Assembly: GCF_009914755.1 (NCBI RefSeq)
Contig: NC_060934.1
DNA length: 64,000 nucleotides
Direction: 5' to 3' (one strand)
From: the human T2T-CHM13v2.0 reference genome, Homo sapiens
In this document: piece after piece, positions 34,590 through 56,902 of the stretch
How positions within the stretch are numbered: the stretch's first letter is position 1
How the letters are laid out: every line of letters starts with the position of its first letter
Translations under genes and position numbers: made by a program
The notes under the pieces: model-generated
The model's input: only the letters and a program-made list of their open reading frames with translations
Told to the model about the DNA's origin: nothing
Databases searched by the model: none

Positions 34590-36860
34590 GCTTTTTGCTG
34601 GAGGGCTTGTCCTCTCCCTTTCCTTCTGGTCATGGTGGGACTATAGGCAAGTGTCCCACCTCCAGCCCTGGTAAGGGCACCAGTCAGGCTGGAACATCAC
34701 AGTATCACTTCCATTGGAACACAGACAATGGGGGACACTGACCCAAGAGAGCCAATCAGAGTTCTTTCTGGAACAGCCAGACCAAGTTGAGGAAAAGGAT
34801 CCTCACCAGGTGGTGTACCGGAGACTCTGTGAGCCCAGAGCTGATAACCAGCCATGCCTGACGCTGTCCATTGCTAGACTATCTGGTTGTGCGAGCCAAT
34901 AAATTCCTTTAAATTGAAGCCATTTGAAATTTGGCTTCTGTCACTGGCAGCCGAAGAGTCCTGACTATGACAAGCAAATCTGAAAGGATGAGGCATATGT
35001 CTAGTATAGCAATAGATGGTTGATAGATTCATAGTTGAGCTGAAATTCAGACATGAGTTGTAGATTTGCTATAACAGGCTGAAAGCTCAGTCAGTGGTGT
35101 ATGCTTCCTGGCACACTATGGTGTTCATGTGCCACCTGGCTAGCTCTGGCCCAAAAGATGCAAATGAGAGTCCATTGGATCAGGGTTCTGGGAAAGCTTT
35201 TGCTTTCTGGGTATAAAGGGTCAGACTCAGCTGTCACATGCCCTTTTTTCTTTTCTTTCCCCTCCTTCCTGCCTGAAATGCAGTCATGATGCCTCGGGTG
35301 GAGCAGGAATCTTGCTAGCGTGAGGAGCAGGCCACATGCTGAGAGAGTGGTGGAGCAGAAAGCAGGAGGCAGCCTGATGGTCCTGGGAGCTGTTGTCCCA
35401 TCCAGGATTTCCTCCCTCTTGGCTTCTTGATATATGAGGAAAAGTAAAATCTGATTTGGTTGGGCAACTATGGCTGGGTTTCTGTTACATGTAGCCAAAT
35501 GCAACCCTAACATAGACAATGCCCTACACTCATTGCATCCCAAGAAAAGCCTGGAATTTTCAGATCAAGTTTTAGCCTATCAGTGGCCCACACTTAGAGA
35601 CTTGCCACATTTTTCAGGTGAGGGACCTGGATCCCTGTATTTGTTTCTTGTCACTACTGCAAGAAATTACCATATACTTAGTGGCTTAAAACAACAGATT
35701 TATTATTATAGTTCTGGAGGTAAGAAGTCCTAAACTTGAAGTACCAGCAGGGCTGCATTCCTTCTGGAGGCTCTAGGGGAGAATCCAATTCTTTGCCTTT
35801 TTTAGCTTCCAGAGGCCACCTGCATTTCTTGGCTCATGGCCCCTTTGTATTCAAGGCCAGTAGCACGGTATCTTCACACCTCTCTCTCTGACCTCTGCTT
35901 CTGCTGTCACACCTCCTTCTCTGACTCTGACTCTCTCCTGCTTCCCTCTTTCCCTTATGAGGACTCATGTCATTATACTGGGCCCACCTGGACCATCCAG
36001 GATAATCTCCCTACAGGAGCATAGGCTCTGCAAGATCTAAGTCCCTTTTGCCATGTCAGGTAATATATTTAGAGGTTGTGGGGATTGGGAGGTGGACATC
36101 TCAAGGGGGCACTATTCTGTCTACTGTAGTCGTAGAAATGAAAAGGGACTTGCCCAAGAGTACCCACAGAGCTGACTGAAAAGAAACAACTATGGGTAGG
36201 CTCACACCACTGGCAGAAGCACCCCTTTTCCTCCTCCTTGGCATGAAGCTAAAGCCCAGCCATTCTCCAAGGTCCATTTCAGGCTGCCCCTGCCCAGAAG
36301 CCACAGCTGCCCTCCTAGGCCTGCAGAGGTCATCCTCTTGACTGTGTCTGTGTCACTCATTGCCACTTGGCACACATTTGGTCAGCAGTCGTGAAGGTCT
36401 TCCATTGTTCTCTGCCCAGTCTTGATCCTGGAAGGCAAGGATCACACCCTAGAACTTTTTTGTGCCCACTGCACAGAGTAGGGTCTCAATACGTGTACGG
36501 TTCATGATGTTCCTAGCAGATTCTCCAAACTGACTCACTCAGCCCCTGGAACACTAAAAACTGCATTTCCCAGACTCCTTTGCAGCGTGGGCTAGGTTCC
36601 ACCAAGCCAGACACAGTGAAAGTGAGTGGGTGGCCACAGGTGGAGGGCACAGTGGTGGATATGTTTTGTTCTTTTGGGGGCAGCTATGCTGGGGGCTGCA
36701 CTAAGTGATGGGGCAGTGGTCCCAATGGAGTAGTAAAATTAAGTGTTGCTCCTGGCTGTGTAGGACTTAGACCCGTCATCTGTAAGCTCCTTCACCTCAT
36801 GTAAACAAAACCCCTCTAGCTGGAGTGGTGTCTATTGTCTGCGACTAAGAACCCTTATAT
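34590..36860. mobile_element. Cluster of MaLR/ERVL LTR remnants (~34590-34972 +, ~35090-35515 +, ~35637-36125 -, ~36510-36860 +)
   Basis: Typical termini: aataaattccttt...tgtcactggcagccgaagagtcctgact; ttctgttacatgtagccaaatgcaaccctaac; aaattaccatatacttagtggcttaaaacaacag (MLT1C-like). Confidence 0.6.
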
Positions 36861-37202
36861 AAGGTATACTACTCCCCAACCCCATTAGTGGAAATCCCAA
36901 AGGGTAGGAACTATATTTTATTTCACTTGTAAACAGCTCCCCTAGTAAGCATGTCAACAAAATATACACAATTCATTGAACCCCATAACATTTCAACGAA
37001 TTCCTCATCCTTTCTGTGAATCAAGAGCCTGAAAAGAAATGGTGAAATAATATGATCCTCTCTTCTTTGAAAGCTCAAAGCTATGTTGGACCAGAAGTAA
37101 AGTGTTCTCGTTTCTATTTAATAACTTGAAAGGTTCCGAGGGGCCATTGAGGAAACTCCTCCCTTTTAATATCAATGTGTATTTATTGCAAAAATAATGT
37201 AG

Positions 37203-37778
<576 letters not shown>

Positions 37779-37980
37779 TACAGTTGCCTTCTTGTCTCAA
37801 TTTGCCTTTGACCTTTCTTAGGGACTTGTTTTCTGCTTTTCCTGCTCTTTGTCCGCTGATCTCCTGGGAAGAAAGCTTCCGAAAAGGACACCGTTTCAGG
37901 GGCGAGTGACGCCGGGGTGCCCAGGCCGCGCCCCAGTTCCGGGTTTGCACCCGGTCTTCTTGCCCTGCCCCGCTCGCGGG

Positions 37981-37998
37981 ACTACAGTTCCCAGGCGC
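37981..37998 (+). promoter_or_regulatory. ZNF143/THAP11-type promoter motif ACTACAnnTCCCAG
   Basis: actacagttcccaggcgc ~80 bp upstream of the LHPP ATG matches the ACTACAnTTCCCAG core. Confidence 0.75.
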
Positions 37999-38067
37999 CC
38001 CTGCGCGGCCGCGGCGCCGGCGCAGGCGTCGGTTGGGACGCGGAGCTGAGGAGCAGGGCCGGGCGCC

Positions 38068-38192
38068 ATGGCACCGTGGGGCAAGCGGCTGGCTGGCGTG
38101 CGCGGGGTGCTGCTTGACATCTCGGGCGTGCTGTACGACAGCGGCGCGGGCGGCGGCACGGCCATCGCCGGCTCGGTGGAGGCGGTGGCCAG
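38068..38192 (+). CDS. LHPP: LHPP coding exon 1 (phospholysine phosphohistidine inorganic pyrophosphate phosphatase, HAD family)
   Basis: Strong Kozak gcgccATGG. Translates MAPWGKRLAGVRGVLLDISGVLYDSGAGGGTAIAGSVEAVA(R). HAD motif I variant D17-x-S19 (GAC at 38116-38118). Donor CAG|GTGAGT. 125 nt. Absent from the ORF track because it is short. Confidence 0.97.
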
Positions 38193-38419
38193 GTGAGTGG
38201 GCCCCGGGACGCCGCTGGGGCCGCCGAGCTCTAAGCTCAGCCCGCTCCCTGGCTGCCGGCAGGGGGCGGGGCGGCAGGGGGCGGGGCCGCGGCGCAGGCC
38301 CCGCCTCGGTCTCCCCCTTCCCACCCCGGTGCGCGCACAGTGCTGACCACGGACGACCCCACTGTTGCCCCCGGCGAGCACCAGGACTCTGCTGGTTAGG
38401 GCTGCGCGGTCAGACAGGG

Positions 38420-39515
<1,096 letters not shown>

Positions 39516-39567
39516 TAGGTGAGAGGAGGAGGAAGAGAACATCGTGCCAGCCAAGACTTGACCATGA

Positions 39568-40321
<754 letters not shown>

Positions 40322-41189
40322 AGAAGGACACTTTCAGTAGCATGGTTGGCACCACTGGACCTGGGCTTTGTAAGGCCTCCTGTTGGCATCCCAGGTCAGC
40401 ACTGCCATGTGTTGATAGGCAGCCGGGAAGGGCTAACTGCCAGGACTTGGCCTCCCGGAGTCACTAGCTGAGGCACCCTGGCTTGGTAGCCTGATGTCAC
40501 TGGGACTCAATATACCTATCTGTAGGTGGCAATTAACTGAGTCTCTTGGTCCTTCTTAGAGACCCCATTCTACCAATCTGCATGTCTGATGTCTGGGAGC
40601 TGCTGAGATAATAGGGACCCAAACGGTCCCGCATAGTGAAGCCGGAGGTGTTTGGGAGACTGGGAACTGGGAACAGGGAGACTTGGCTTCCAGGAGCAAG
40701 CACAAAGGGCAGCCCAGACCTAGGACACTCCGCTGGGTCCTGGGTCTGCTCTCAGTGTTGGCTGAAGTTCAGGGTTAAGTGCATTCCTGACCTTATTCTC
40801 CATTACTCCAAAGCTTTAGACTAGCTCAGTCACAGATGAGAGCATTCTGTGAGTGGCACTGGTGGGAATCCAGCAGAGGGCTCTGGGCAGTGTTTTGGGG
40901 TGAAGTGGGCCTCATCTGGGGAGCAGGAAGCCAGAGCTCAATGCTGTGACTGGGGCAGGCAAGGCCTCATGGGAGACCCTGCCACTCATTGCTTGCAGAA
41001 GATACATTTGACATTATCTACCAGTGGTTCCACTTCTGAGAATTTGTCCTTGTCTCATGCGTGAGAAATGACATGAGTACAAGGTCATTCCTGGCAGTAC
41101 CTTTTAAATAGCAAAAGACTGGAAACAGCTCAGATACCCATCAGTAGGGGAGTATTAGGGTCTGATGTGTGGAGGGGAGAGGGACAGTA

Positions 41190-43600
<2,411 letters not shown>

Positions 43601-43707
43601 GGAGGGGGTCATGGGGCGGGAACCATGATGGCTCATGATGTATGTCAAGTTCCTGGCCTGGTGTTTGGCACACAGTAGACCCACAACAGTGTAACATTAA
43701 AGACCAC

Positions 43708-44330
<623 letters not shown>

Positions 44331-45829
44331 TGAGCAGATGACCCCCACGTGATATAGAACTGTCCAACAAACGTGCAGATTCCAGGTTGTGACATTGGAA
44401 AGGGTTCTGTTAACTTCTCTGGGTTCTGGGTTGGTGTCTTCTGACTGATTGATTGCCAGGAGGGTTTTGTTTGGATTTGCTTTGGCTCCTGCAGATTTAT
44501 CTAGCTGGGGGTGTCTCTGGTAGCAGCTATACTGTATACATCTAACAGCAATGTAATAACAATCCTGAAATACACCACAGCCTGTTATGTAGCTGGGAGA
44601 GGCTAAAATCTCCCTTCCCAAAAGCATATGGGATTATTTTTGGTGAGGGGACATCACACCCGTGATCTGGGAGGTTTTGTTATTGTGCTGTCTGTGGGCC
44701 TGCAGAACCGATGGCCTGGTCTCTCAACCCCATGGGCTTCCCATGCCATAGGACCAAGTCCCCATATCCTGCCTTGTCCACGAGGACCTTCTCAACTGAC
44801 CTTTGTGGCCTCTTCCACTGGCCCCCAGTTACACAGACTTCTTGGTGGGGTTTTCACTGAAGGGGCCGCTGAGCTGTCCAGCACCCACAAACCTGTTTCC
44901 GCCCACACCAGCGTGCCCTTCGGCTCTCGGCAGACCTTGGCAGGGCCCCCTTCAGCCTTTCTGTTGGCTTTTAAGGGCAAGGCCCCTCCACTCTGGCCCA
45001 GTGCCTCTGGGGCCAGATCATCACCCTCAGGGCCCGGGAAGCTCCGTACACCCTCCCTCGCATGCCTGTGGGGCTCGTGGCAGATGCCCAGAGTGGCTGC
45101 GAAGGTGGTGCAGGAAACGCCCCCTCCAGGAAAGTGTGCCTGCTTTTGGAATTTTCCCTGGGGATTTTCCAGAGATGCAGGACACCTGTTTTCCTCGCCT
45201 GGTGATTGAGCCGGGAAGCCTTCATGGAGCAGGCCCTACTTGCCCAGGTGAAGTCTGTGTGGCCTGCAGCCACGGGGGCGAGTGGCCCTGCGCCTTTCAT
45301 GCTGTGGCCTCCTTGATATGTACAGCCTGCTTTGAAGTCCTGCAGGAGCTCAAAGGAAGTTCCTGGGGTGAGACCAGCCGCCGCAGAGGGAAAAGTGTGA
45401 TTGGAGTGGGGTGGGGGGTCTTAGGGTTGGCAGGGGGAACACATGCCTCCGTGGCAGCTCCCGGCACCATGGGCTCCCTGGCAGCATCGTCTGTTCTCTG
45501 AGCCTGCGAGGGGCGACACACTGTCACCATTCTTCTTCTTGGATTTTCTGTGATGATGGGTCCTCCGATTTTATTGAGGGCCACGGAGCACGGGGGAAGT
45601 AGAAGCTCAACTTTTTAAAATAATATCCACAGCAACAGCAGTCACCCCGCATCGAGGGAGGCCTGTCGTGCGCCAGGCAGGTGCTTAACCACCCACCTTC
45701 CCTTCACACCAGCCCCTGAGGTGGGGGGGGCTTCCTCTTTTCAAAGTGAGGACCAAAAATCGGAGAGATTCAGGAACTGGCAGAAGTAGAAAATGTTGCC
45801 GAGCCCTCATTAAAGATGCATGCACACAC

Positions 45830-46200
45830 ACACATTCGTTCATTTATTCCTTTTTTATTTTTTTTTCATTCATTCATTCCTTTACTCATACACTCAACAA
45901 GCAAACATTGAGTGCCTCTGCTGTACTAAAGACACCATCCTAGGCCCTGGGGATGTGCAGCAGTGAACAGGTGGAGCCGATGCTGCAGTCATGGGGGACC
46001 AGCAGGCGACAGCGTGCACTCGGGAAGGCTAGAGCATCTGAGACACGCAGTGAGGTGGGGAGCCCTGGGCTGGGTACCTGGCCTCGCAGATCCCATGGCG
46101 AGGGAGCTGGGATTGGAGGATGCTGAGCGAGCCAGCCAGGCAGGCATCTGGGCTAAGAGCATCCCAGATGAAGGAGCAGGAGGCCCAAACCTCTGAGGCC
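45830..46200 (-). mobile_element. L2 3' end remnant
   Basis: cattcattcattc...caacaagcaaacattgagtgcctctgctgt...ctaggccctggggat is the L2 terminus. Confidence 0.6.
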
Positions 46201-46860
46201 ACACTGGTGCTGCTGGCCAGGCAGGGCCCACTTGCTGCTCTAGGACTTGTGGGTGGGCGTGGTCACAGGCCGGAGGACATCTGTAACCGGCCGTGTCCCC
46301 CCAACAGGCCCTTTATTGAAGCCCTTTCATGGGCGGATTGGGTTCCCTGAGGGGAGCCATTCAGAGGCAGGGCCCAGCACAGCGAGGGGTGCAGAGGCCG
46401 GCCTCGGGGCCCTGGCCCTATGGCTGGGAGGCATCTGCATGTGAAAGGGGGTGGGCATTTACTGCATCCTGTCTTGGGCCACTAAAGCACATCTGCTGGG
46501 CCCAGCCCAGGCCCGGCTCGGCGTTTTTGGAGCCGGCGGAAGGAAGAAGACTTGGCCCAGGGCAGCCTCATAAAGCAGTTCCCACCCAGGACCGCCCCGA
46601 TCGATCGGCCTGGTGCTGTGGAGCCAGGCCCACAGCCCTTCCGTCCAGTAGCACCTCTCAATCCCCTGTGTGTCTGGGTGCCTTCGGGATCCTGATAAAA
46701 CGTAGGTGCCTCCTAGTAGGTCTGGAACAGCGAAGGCCAGGGCCAGGGGATCTTTGAAGTCCAGCTGGTCCTGGCACCCCAGTATCCCCTCCTTCATGCC
46801 CGGCTTCCCTGGTACCATCCAGCCCTAGGGACACAGGTCCCTGGGAGTAGCAGCAATAGT

Positions 46861-46896
<36 letters not shown>
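46861..46896. repeat. (AAC)12 microsatellite
   Basis: Direct reading. Confidence 0.9.
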
Positions 46897-46899
<3 letters not shown>

Positions 46900-47602
46900 A
46901 GTAATAATGTAGGCTGTGGGCCTGGGCTGGAACTTCATCTCTATTGCCTCATCCAACCCCCACACGCGGTGTGGCACCTGCCGGAGGGGTCTGGCAGGAC
47001 ATTGTAGGGAGAGGGCCATTTGTTTGCATTTGTTTAAGCCAACAGGAGTTTTCCTGATGCAACCTGGACCTTGGACAAGGGGTGTTTGTCGAGAACGTGC
47101 TGTCGTCACCTGTGGTCCCATTTGCTGTCAGGAGGTGAAGCACTTTGTCTTCAGAGATGGGAGCCGGTGCTCTTTCACCCTGGGTTCTGTGATTTCAGCT
47201 GTCATTTCAACATTTTAAGTTTCATAAGAAATAGGTGGCCTCCTTATGTAAACATTCTCACCAGCCTGTGAATATACAGAGTGAAAAGTCCAAGTCCTCC
47301 ATCCTCGACCAAGTCCCAGTGACTTCCCCAGGGTGACACAATACATCCTTTTCCTTCGTATTCCTCAAAAGCACAGAGGATTTTGAGATGCAGCCTTCCC
47401 TGACTCTTGTCCAGTTCTGCGGGCACCTGCCCCATCACTCTTGAATGCCACCGCCCCACCATTGCCCAAGGCATGTGTTTGGTTAGTCACAGGTCACTGG
47501 AGGCTGGAGACCCCTTGCAGGTCCCCGGGCCAGGAGTTTTGAATTCTTTGTAGCCTCAGAGCACTTATCCAACCAAATGAAATTTTGAGTAGAACTCCAA
47601 AA

Positions 47603-49218
47603 TTATATATATATAATATATATATTTATATATTATATATATATTTATATATTATATATATATTTATATATTATATATATTTATATATATTTTATATATA
47701 TTTATATATATATAAATTTTTTTTATATTTATATATTTTTTATATATTTATATATATTACATATATTTTTATATTTTATATATATTTATATATTTTATAT
47801 ATTTATATATTTTTTATATATTTATATATTTATATATATATTTATATATATTTATGTATATTTATATATATATTTATATATATTTATGTATATTTATATA
47901 TATATTTATATATATTTATGTATATTTATATATATTTATATATTTATGTATATATTTATATATATTTATATATTTATGTATAAATTTATATATATTTATA
48001 TGTATTTATATATATATTTATATGTATTTTTATATATTTATATATTTATATGTATTTATACATATATATTTATATGTATTTATACATATATATTTATATG
48101 TATTTATATATATTTATATATATTTTTTATGTATTTATATATATTTATATATATATTTATATATATTTATATATATATTTATATATATTTATATATATAT
48201 TTATATATATATTTATATATATTTATATATATATTTATATATATATTTATATATATATTTATATATATATTTATATATATATTTATATATATATTTATAT
48301 ATATATTATTTATATATATATTTATATATATTTATATATATATTTATATATATTTATATATATTTATATATATTTATATATATTATATATATTTATATAT
48401 ATTTATATATATATTTATATATGTATTTATATATATATTTATATATATATTTATATATATTTATATATATTTATATATATATTTATATATATTTATATAT
48501 ATATATTTATATATATTTATATATATATATTTTTATATATATTTATATATATTTTTATATATAGTTATATATATTTATATATAGTTATATATATTTATGT
48601 ATAGTTATATATAGTTATGTATAGTTATATATAGTTATATATATAGTTATATATAGTTATATATATAGTTATATATATATTTTTATATATATTTATATTT
48701 ATATATATATTTTTATATATATATATTTATATATATATTTATATATATTTATATATATATTTATATATATATTTATATATATAAATATATATATAAATAT
48801 ATATATTTATATATATATTTATATATATATTTATATATTTATATATGTATTTATATATATTTATATATGTATTTATATATATTTATATATATTTATATGT
48901 ATTTATATATATTTATATATATTTATATATATAAATATAAATATATTTATATATATAAATATAAATATATTTATATATATAAATATAAATATATTTATAT
49001 ATAAATATATTTATATATATTTATATAAATATATTTATGTATATTTATATATATTTATATATATATTTATGTATATTTATATATGTATTTATGTATATTT
49101 ATATATATTTGTATATATATTTATGTATATTTATATATATTTGTATATATATTTATGTATATTTATATATATTTGTATATATATTTGTATATATATATAT
49201 TTATATATAAATATTTAT
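47603..49218. repeat. ~1.6 kb interrupted (TA)n / AT-rich tandem array
   Basis: Almost exclusively A/T. Units such as TATATATATT, TATGTATATT, TATAGTTATA, ATAAATAT and TTGTATATATAT occur in blocks. Confidence 0.97.
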
Positions 49219-49249
49219 GAGAACAGTGTTTGAATAGTATATTATTTTT

Positions 49250-51876
<2,627 letters not shown>

Positions 51877-52034
51877 ATATGAAGTCTTGTAGTTGTTGAA
51901 CTCGGTGTACATGCTAAACCAAAGCACACAGTTCTGCTCAAGGAGCTGTATTTTCCACATCTGTTTGTATTTTCATGAAGCCAACATAAAAGGATTCTCA
52001 TCCCAGTTCTGTCCCTAGACAAGTCACTGAACCC

Positions 52035-52121
52035 CTCCAAACCACAGGTCCCATCTCCAAACAGCAGGTCCCATCTCTAAACCACAGGTCCCATCTCCAA
52101 ACCACAGGTCCCATCTGTAAA
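52035..52121. repeat. 20-bp minisatellite (~4.3 copies) inside a MIR
   Basis: Unit accacaggtcccatctccaa repeated with 1-2 variants, flanked by MIR-like gacaagtcactgaac and catctgtaaatgg. Confidence 0.85.
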
Positions 52122-52443
52122 TGGAAACATGAACCCACCTCTCAGACTGTCAAGAGGATTCGATGTGAACATGCGGTTGGGGCTCGGTGGAGGAGGAGCC
52201 AGTCACCGGGCGCTGCTGTAGCCACTGCTGGGGCTCAGTTCACCCTGGGCTCCCTGCTGGTGTAAACTTTCCCCTCTTTCTAAAGGTGCCCCTGGGCGAT
52301 ACACTCTGGGCTCCTCCTGCTGGCCTCCTTCCCAGGGCACCTGGCTTCCTCTCAGAATGTACCTGCCCCAACAGTGGGTTTGTCAGAGACGTGGTTGTCA
52401 TTGTCACCACCACAGCAATTACTGCCATTTATTTAGTATTTGA

Positions 52444-53049
<606 letters not shown>

Positions 53050-54374
53050 CTACTGTTGGTGCCTCATTTTACAGGTGAGGAAACTGAGGTTGCAGAGGGT
53101 TAGGTGACAAGCCACAGTCATACAGGGAGGAGGTGTGTCTGCTTCCCGAGCTGAGCTCCCACCTTACTTACAGGGGCCTGGCCTTTGTCCCCTGCAGCCG
53201 CCATGGCCCTCAGGGACGTCGGGCTGCTGCTGAGGCTCCTAGGCTGAGGAGTGGAAGAAAGGAGCCAGGATCCCCACCCCTCACCCCCACATGCCACGAG
53301 GCATTTCCTGTCCCTCTGGGCCTTAGTATCCCCCTCTGTGAAATGAGACACTCGGGCTGTGTGGTCTCCAAAGTCTCTGGCTGCCGATTCCCATGTACTT
53401 CATTCTAAATTGCGTTTATTGATTCCTGGGACATCGATGCTTGTGGGATCAACATGTCCCTGTGATCTGGGCTCCGTGGCACAGGCACTTCAGAGAACAC
53501 TCTAGATGGGAGTTCTGCCGGCAGGTGAGGAGGCGCAGGTACGGGAGGGTGTGCTGCGTGTTTTATAAGTGCCCTAGCTGGGGGCCGGCCCCAGCTTGAC
53601 CTCATTGCCGTCCCGCTAAGGTGACTGCCCAGCTGACCCAGACCAGGAGGCCCAGCTAGGTCCCAGCTCCTGCGTCACTGTGTCTCTTCTCTCCATTCAA
53701 ACTTTGGACTCTGATGACTCAAGGCTCTGTGCAGGTGCTCAACAGCGTCTAGTGGACCTGTTGCCCTGGCCGGTCAGCTGGAAGGAGGAGCAAGTGCAGG
53801 AGGCTCAGCTGGAGCCAGTGTGAGGCCGTGCCCTGTGCCAGGGGCCCGTGGCATCTCTGCTGTGCCCAGCCTTTACCTCGTCTCCTTCATGGCAGCCCTG
53901 GAGAGCTGGAAGGCTGGGCACCACCATCACCCATCACTGTTTATGGCTCGGGTTCCAAGACTCCACCAGCCTGGTGCGCGCGCCAGGGTGGGAAGCCAGA
54001 CCCCACGCCCAGGGGACAGATGCCGATCTGTTGCTGCTCCTACCTGCAGGTGGTCCCCCAGCCCAAGCTGGTGTGCTTCATGGTGCAGGGCACGGGGTGG
54101 GCTCATCCGCACATCAGTGTGGGCGTCCCCGGGGCATATGTGAATAACTGTATTTTTCTATTGAAAAAACAACTCTGCTCTGCTTACGGGGCTCCTGCTT
54201 GACCTTCTGTTTTGGAAAATTGGATTTTTGGAGGAAATCAGCACCTTGTGGGTTTCAATTCTCCAAACATGCGTGTTCAATCTCCATTGCTTTCCAAAAG
54301 GGGAGCGACTGAAGATCTGAAAATTAGACAGTGGCTAGCACTGCCCAGAGGCCCCGTTATTAAAAACATTTCAA

Positions 54375-54721
<347 letters not shown>

Positions 54722-56199
54722 TCACTACAACCCCCGGGGAAGGGGGTGGTCAATGTCCTTTCCCCTCTCTGAGGAAACTGAGGCATTGAGCTTGTATTTC
54801 TCTGCACTGGTTCCCATTTCAGTAGTAATAGGGACCCTCCAGCACACCAGGTGATGTCTGCAACGTGGCCCCAGAGGCAGGAGCAGGCTGGGAGTTAGGA
54901 GGCTGAAGCCTGATGTGGGGGAGCGCTGCCCCCCAACCCCACTCCCTGGGAACCAACCCTCCACCCCTTTGCCCTGCTGCCTCCACACCCCTTTCCTCTG
55001 GCTGTGAATTTCTCCATTACCAAGTGGGCCCGTCAGATCTGGAACTTGGGTCAGTTAGGTGCTTCTCCCAGTAAAGCACCTACTGTGCTGGGTACTGGGT
55101 ACTGTGCCCGGTAGATTTTGGGCAGGATTCTAGAGAGCATCTGGCAAAGTTGCTGCAGGAAAGGGCCAGTCACTGCCTGCCAGTCTCGGCCCCTGTGAAT
55201 GCACGAGTTGACATTTCTCAAATTCCAGCCTCACTTTGTGGGCCAGGCAGCCCTTCTGACCTATGAGCTGCCAAACTGAGCCTTTTGATGACACTGCCCC
55301 CGAGGATTCCCTGCAGCCCTATGTCCTCCTGAGCACCTGGTGGCCCCTCTGTGGCCTCCGAGACCCTGGTCTGGGTGCTCACTGCCCCTCATCCCTACAC
55401 AGGAGATGCTGGGGTGACTCCTCTGTTGGTAAACCAAGGCTCTGGTTGCTGAGGATGGGGCTGGTCCTGCGCCAGGGTGCCCCCAGGTGCTGATCTTGGC
55501 TCCACTGTGGTTGGGCACCAGGCATGGCAGAGGTGCTGAGCAGACAAAACCCTGCCCTCCCAAGCCCCGGGCTTGCAGAGGAGGCAGGAGGAGGGAGGTG
55601 GTGATGTCAGGACCAGAGCAGCACCAAGGGCTGTGTGGGCGCAGCTCGGAGGATGGGATCTGGCTGGGTGCATGGCTGTGGGGCCTCCAGGAGGAAGAGG
55701 TGTATGAACCCTGCTTTGTAGGATGATCAGGGTCAGGCCCCAGGGGAGCATGAAAGCAAAGACTCAGGGTGCTATGAGGGCCTCTGGGTCACACGAAGGT
55801 GACCAGTACCGGGGCTAGAGGGCAGGGGGCCCAGCTGGGAGGGGCTCATGCTGCCCTTTTCCTGAGGCCCCCTGCTGCCTGCCCAGTCTCCCCTCCGAGG
55901 GATCCCATTCTCCCTCCAGCCTCAGGACCCTCGGCGGTCCCCAGAGGGCTAGCTATTGAGCTGTCCCAAGGTCACTCAGGATGTCCAATAATTGTCCTAA
56001 CAGTTTACCTGCTGTGGAACAGTAATGAGAGGGTTTTCATTATTTGCGGGTGAGCGCTCCTGGCAGATGCCAACAGCCAGCAGATGTGGAGAGTCCGAGG
56101 TGATTTGTAAGGGCCGGTTCATCTGATGCACGGTAATTGCCCCGGGCGATGTTGTCACTCAGAGGCTCGTCCTGGCCTGCTGAGATGAGGTAAAGGTCA

Positions 56200-56623
<424 letters not shown>

Positions 56624-56902
56624 TCAGAGGGGCTATCTGGCAGCCAGGACCCTGCAGAAGGCCCCTTTCCCCAAGGTTCTTGGGTGGTGGGGTGGGAACA
56701 GCCCATCCCAGAGCTGGGCTTGTCCTTCTTTGCAGGGGCTCTTTGTACAGCTCTCTGCAAGCCTTGCTGGGGTCCTGGAGCCGCACCTGACTAGGGCTTT
56801 CCTGATATTTTGGAATTCTTGTACTTCATGCCTCCCAAGGCTTAGTCTTTGACATCTGGTGGCAGGCCCCACGGAGGGATGACAAGGGTTTGCTTCCTTA
56901 GC

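Noticed and set aside
44628-46818. Cluster of 100-230 aa ORFs in GC-rich LHPP intron 1
   Set aside because: No recognisable domain, no consistent exon structure, partly L2/MIR-derived.
47585-48604. Long Tyr/Ile-rich ORFs (132-236 aa)
   Set aside because: Translations of the (TA)n-derived array; they lack stops only because of repeat composition.
52035-52121. Regularly repeated 20-mer as a CRISPR-like array
   Set aside because: No unique spacers, eukaryotic context and no cas genes; it is a tandem minisatellite.
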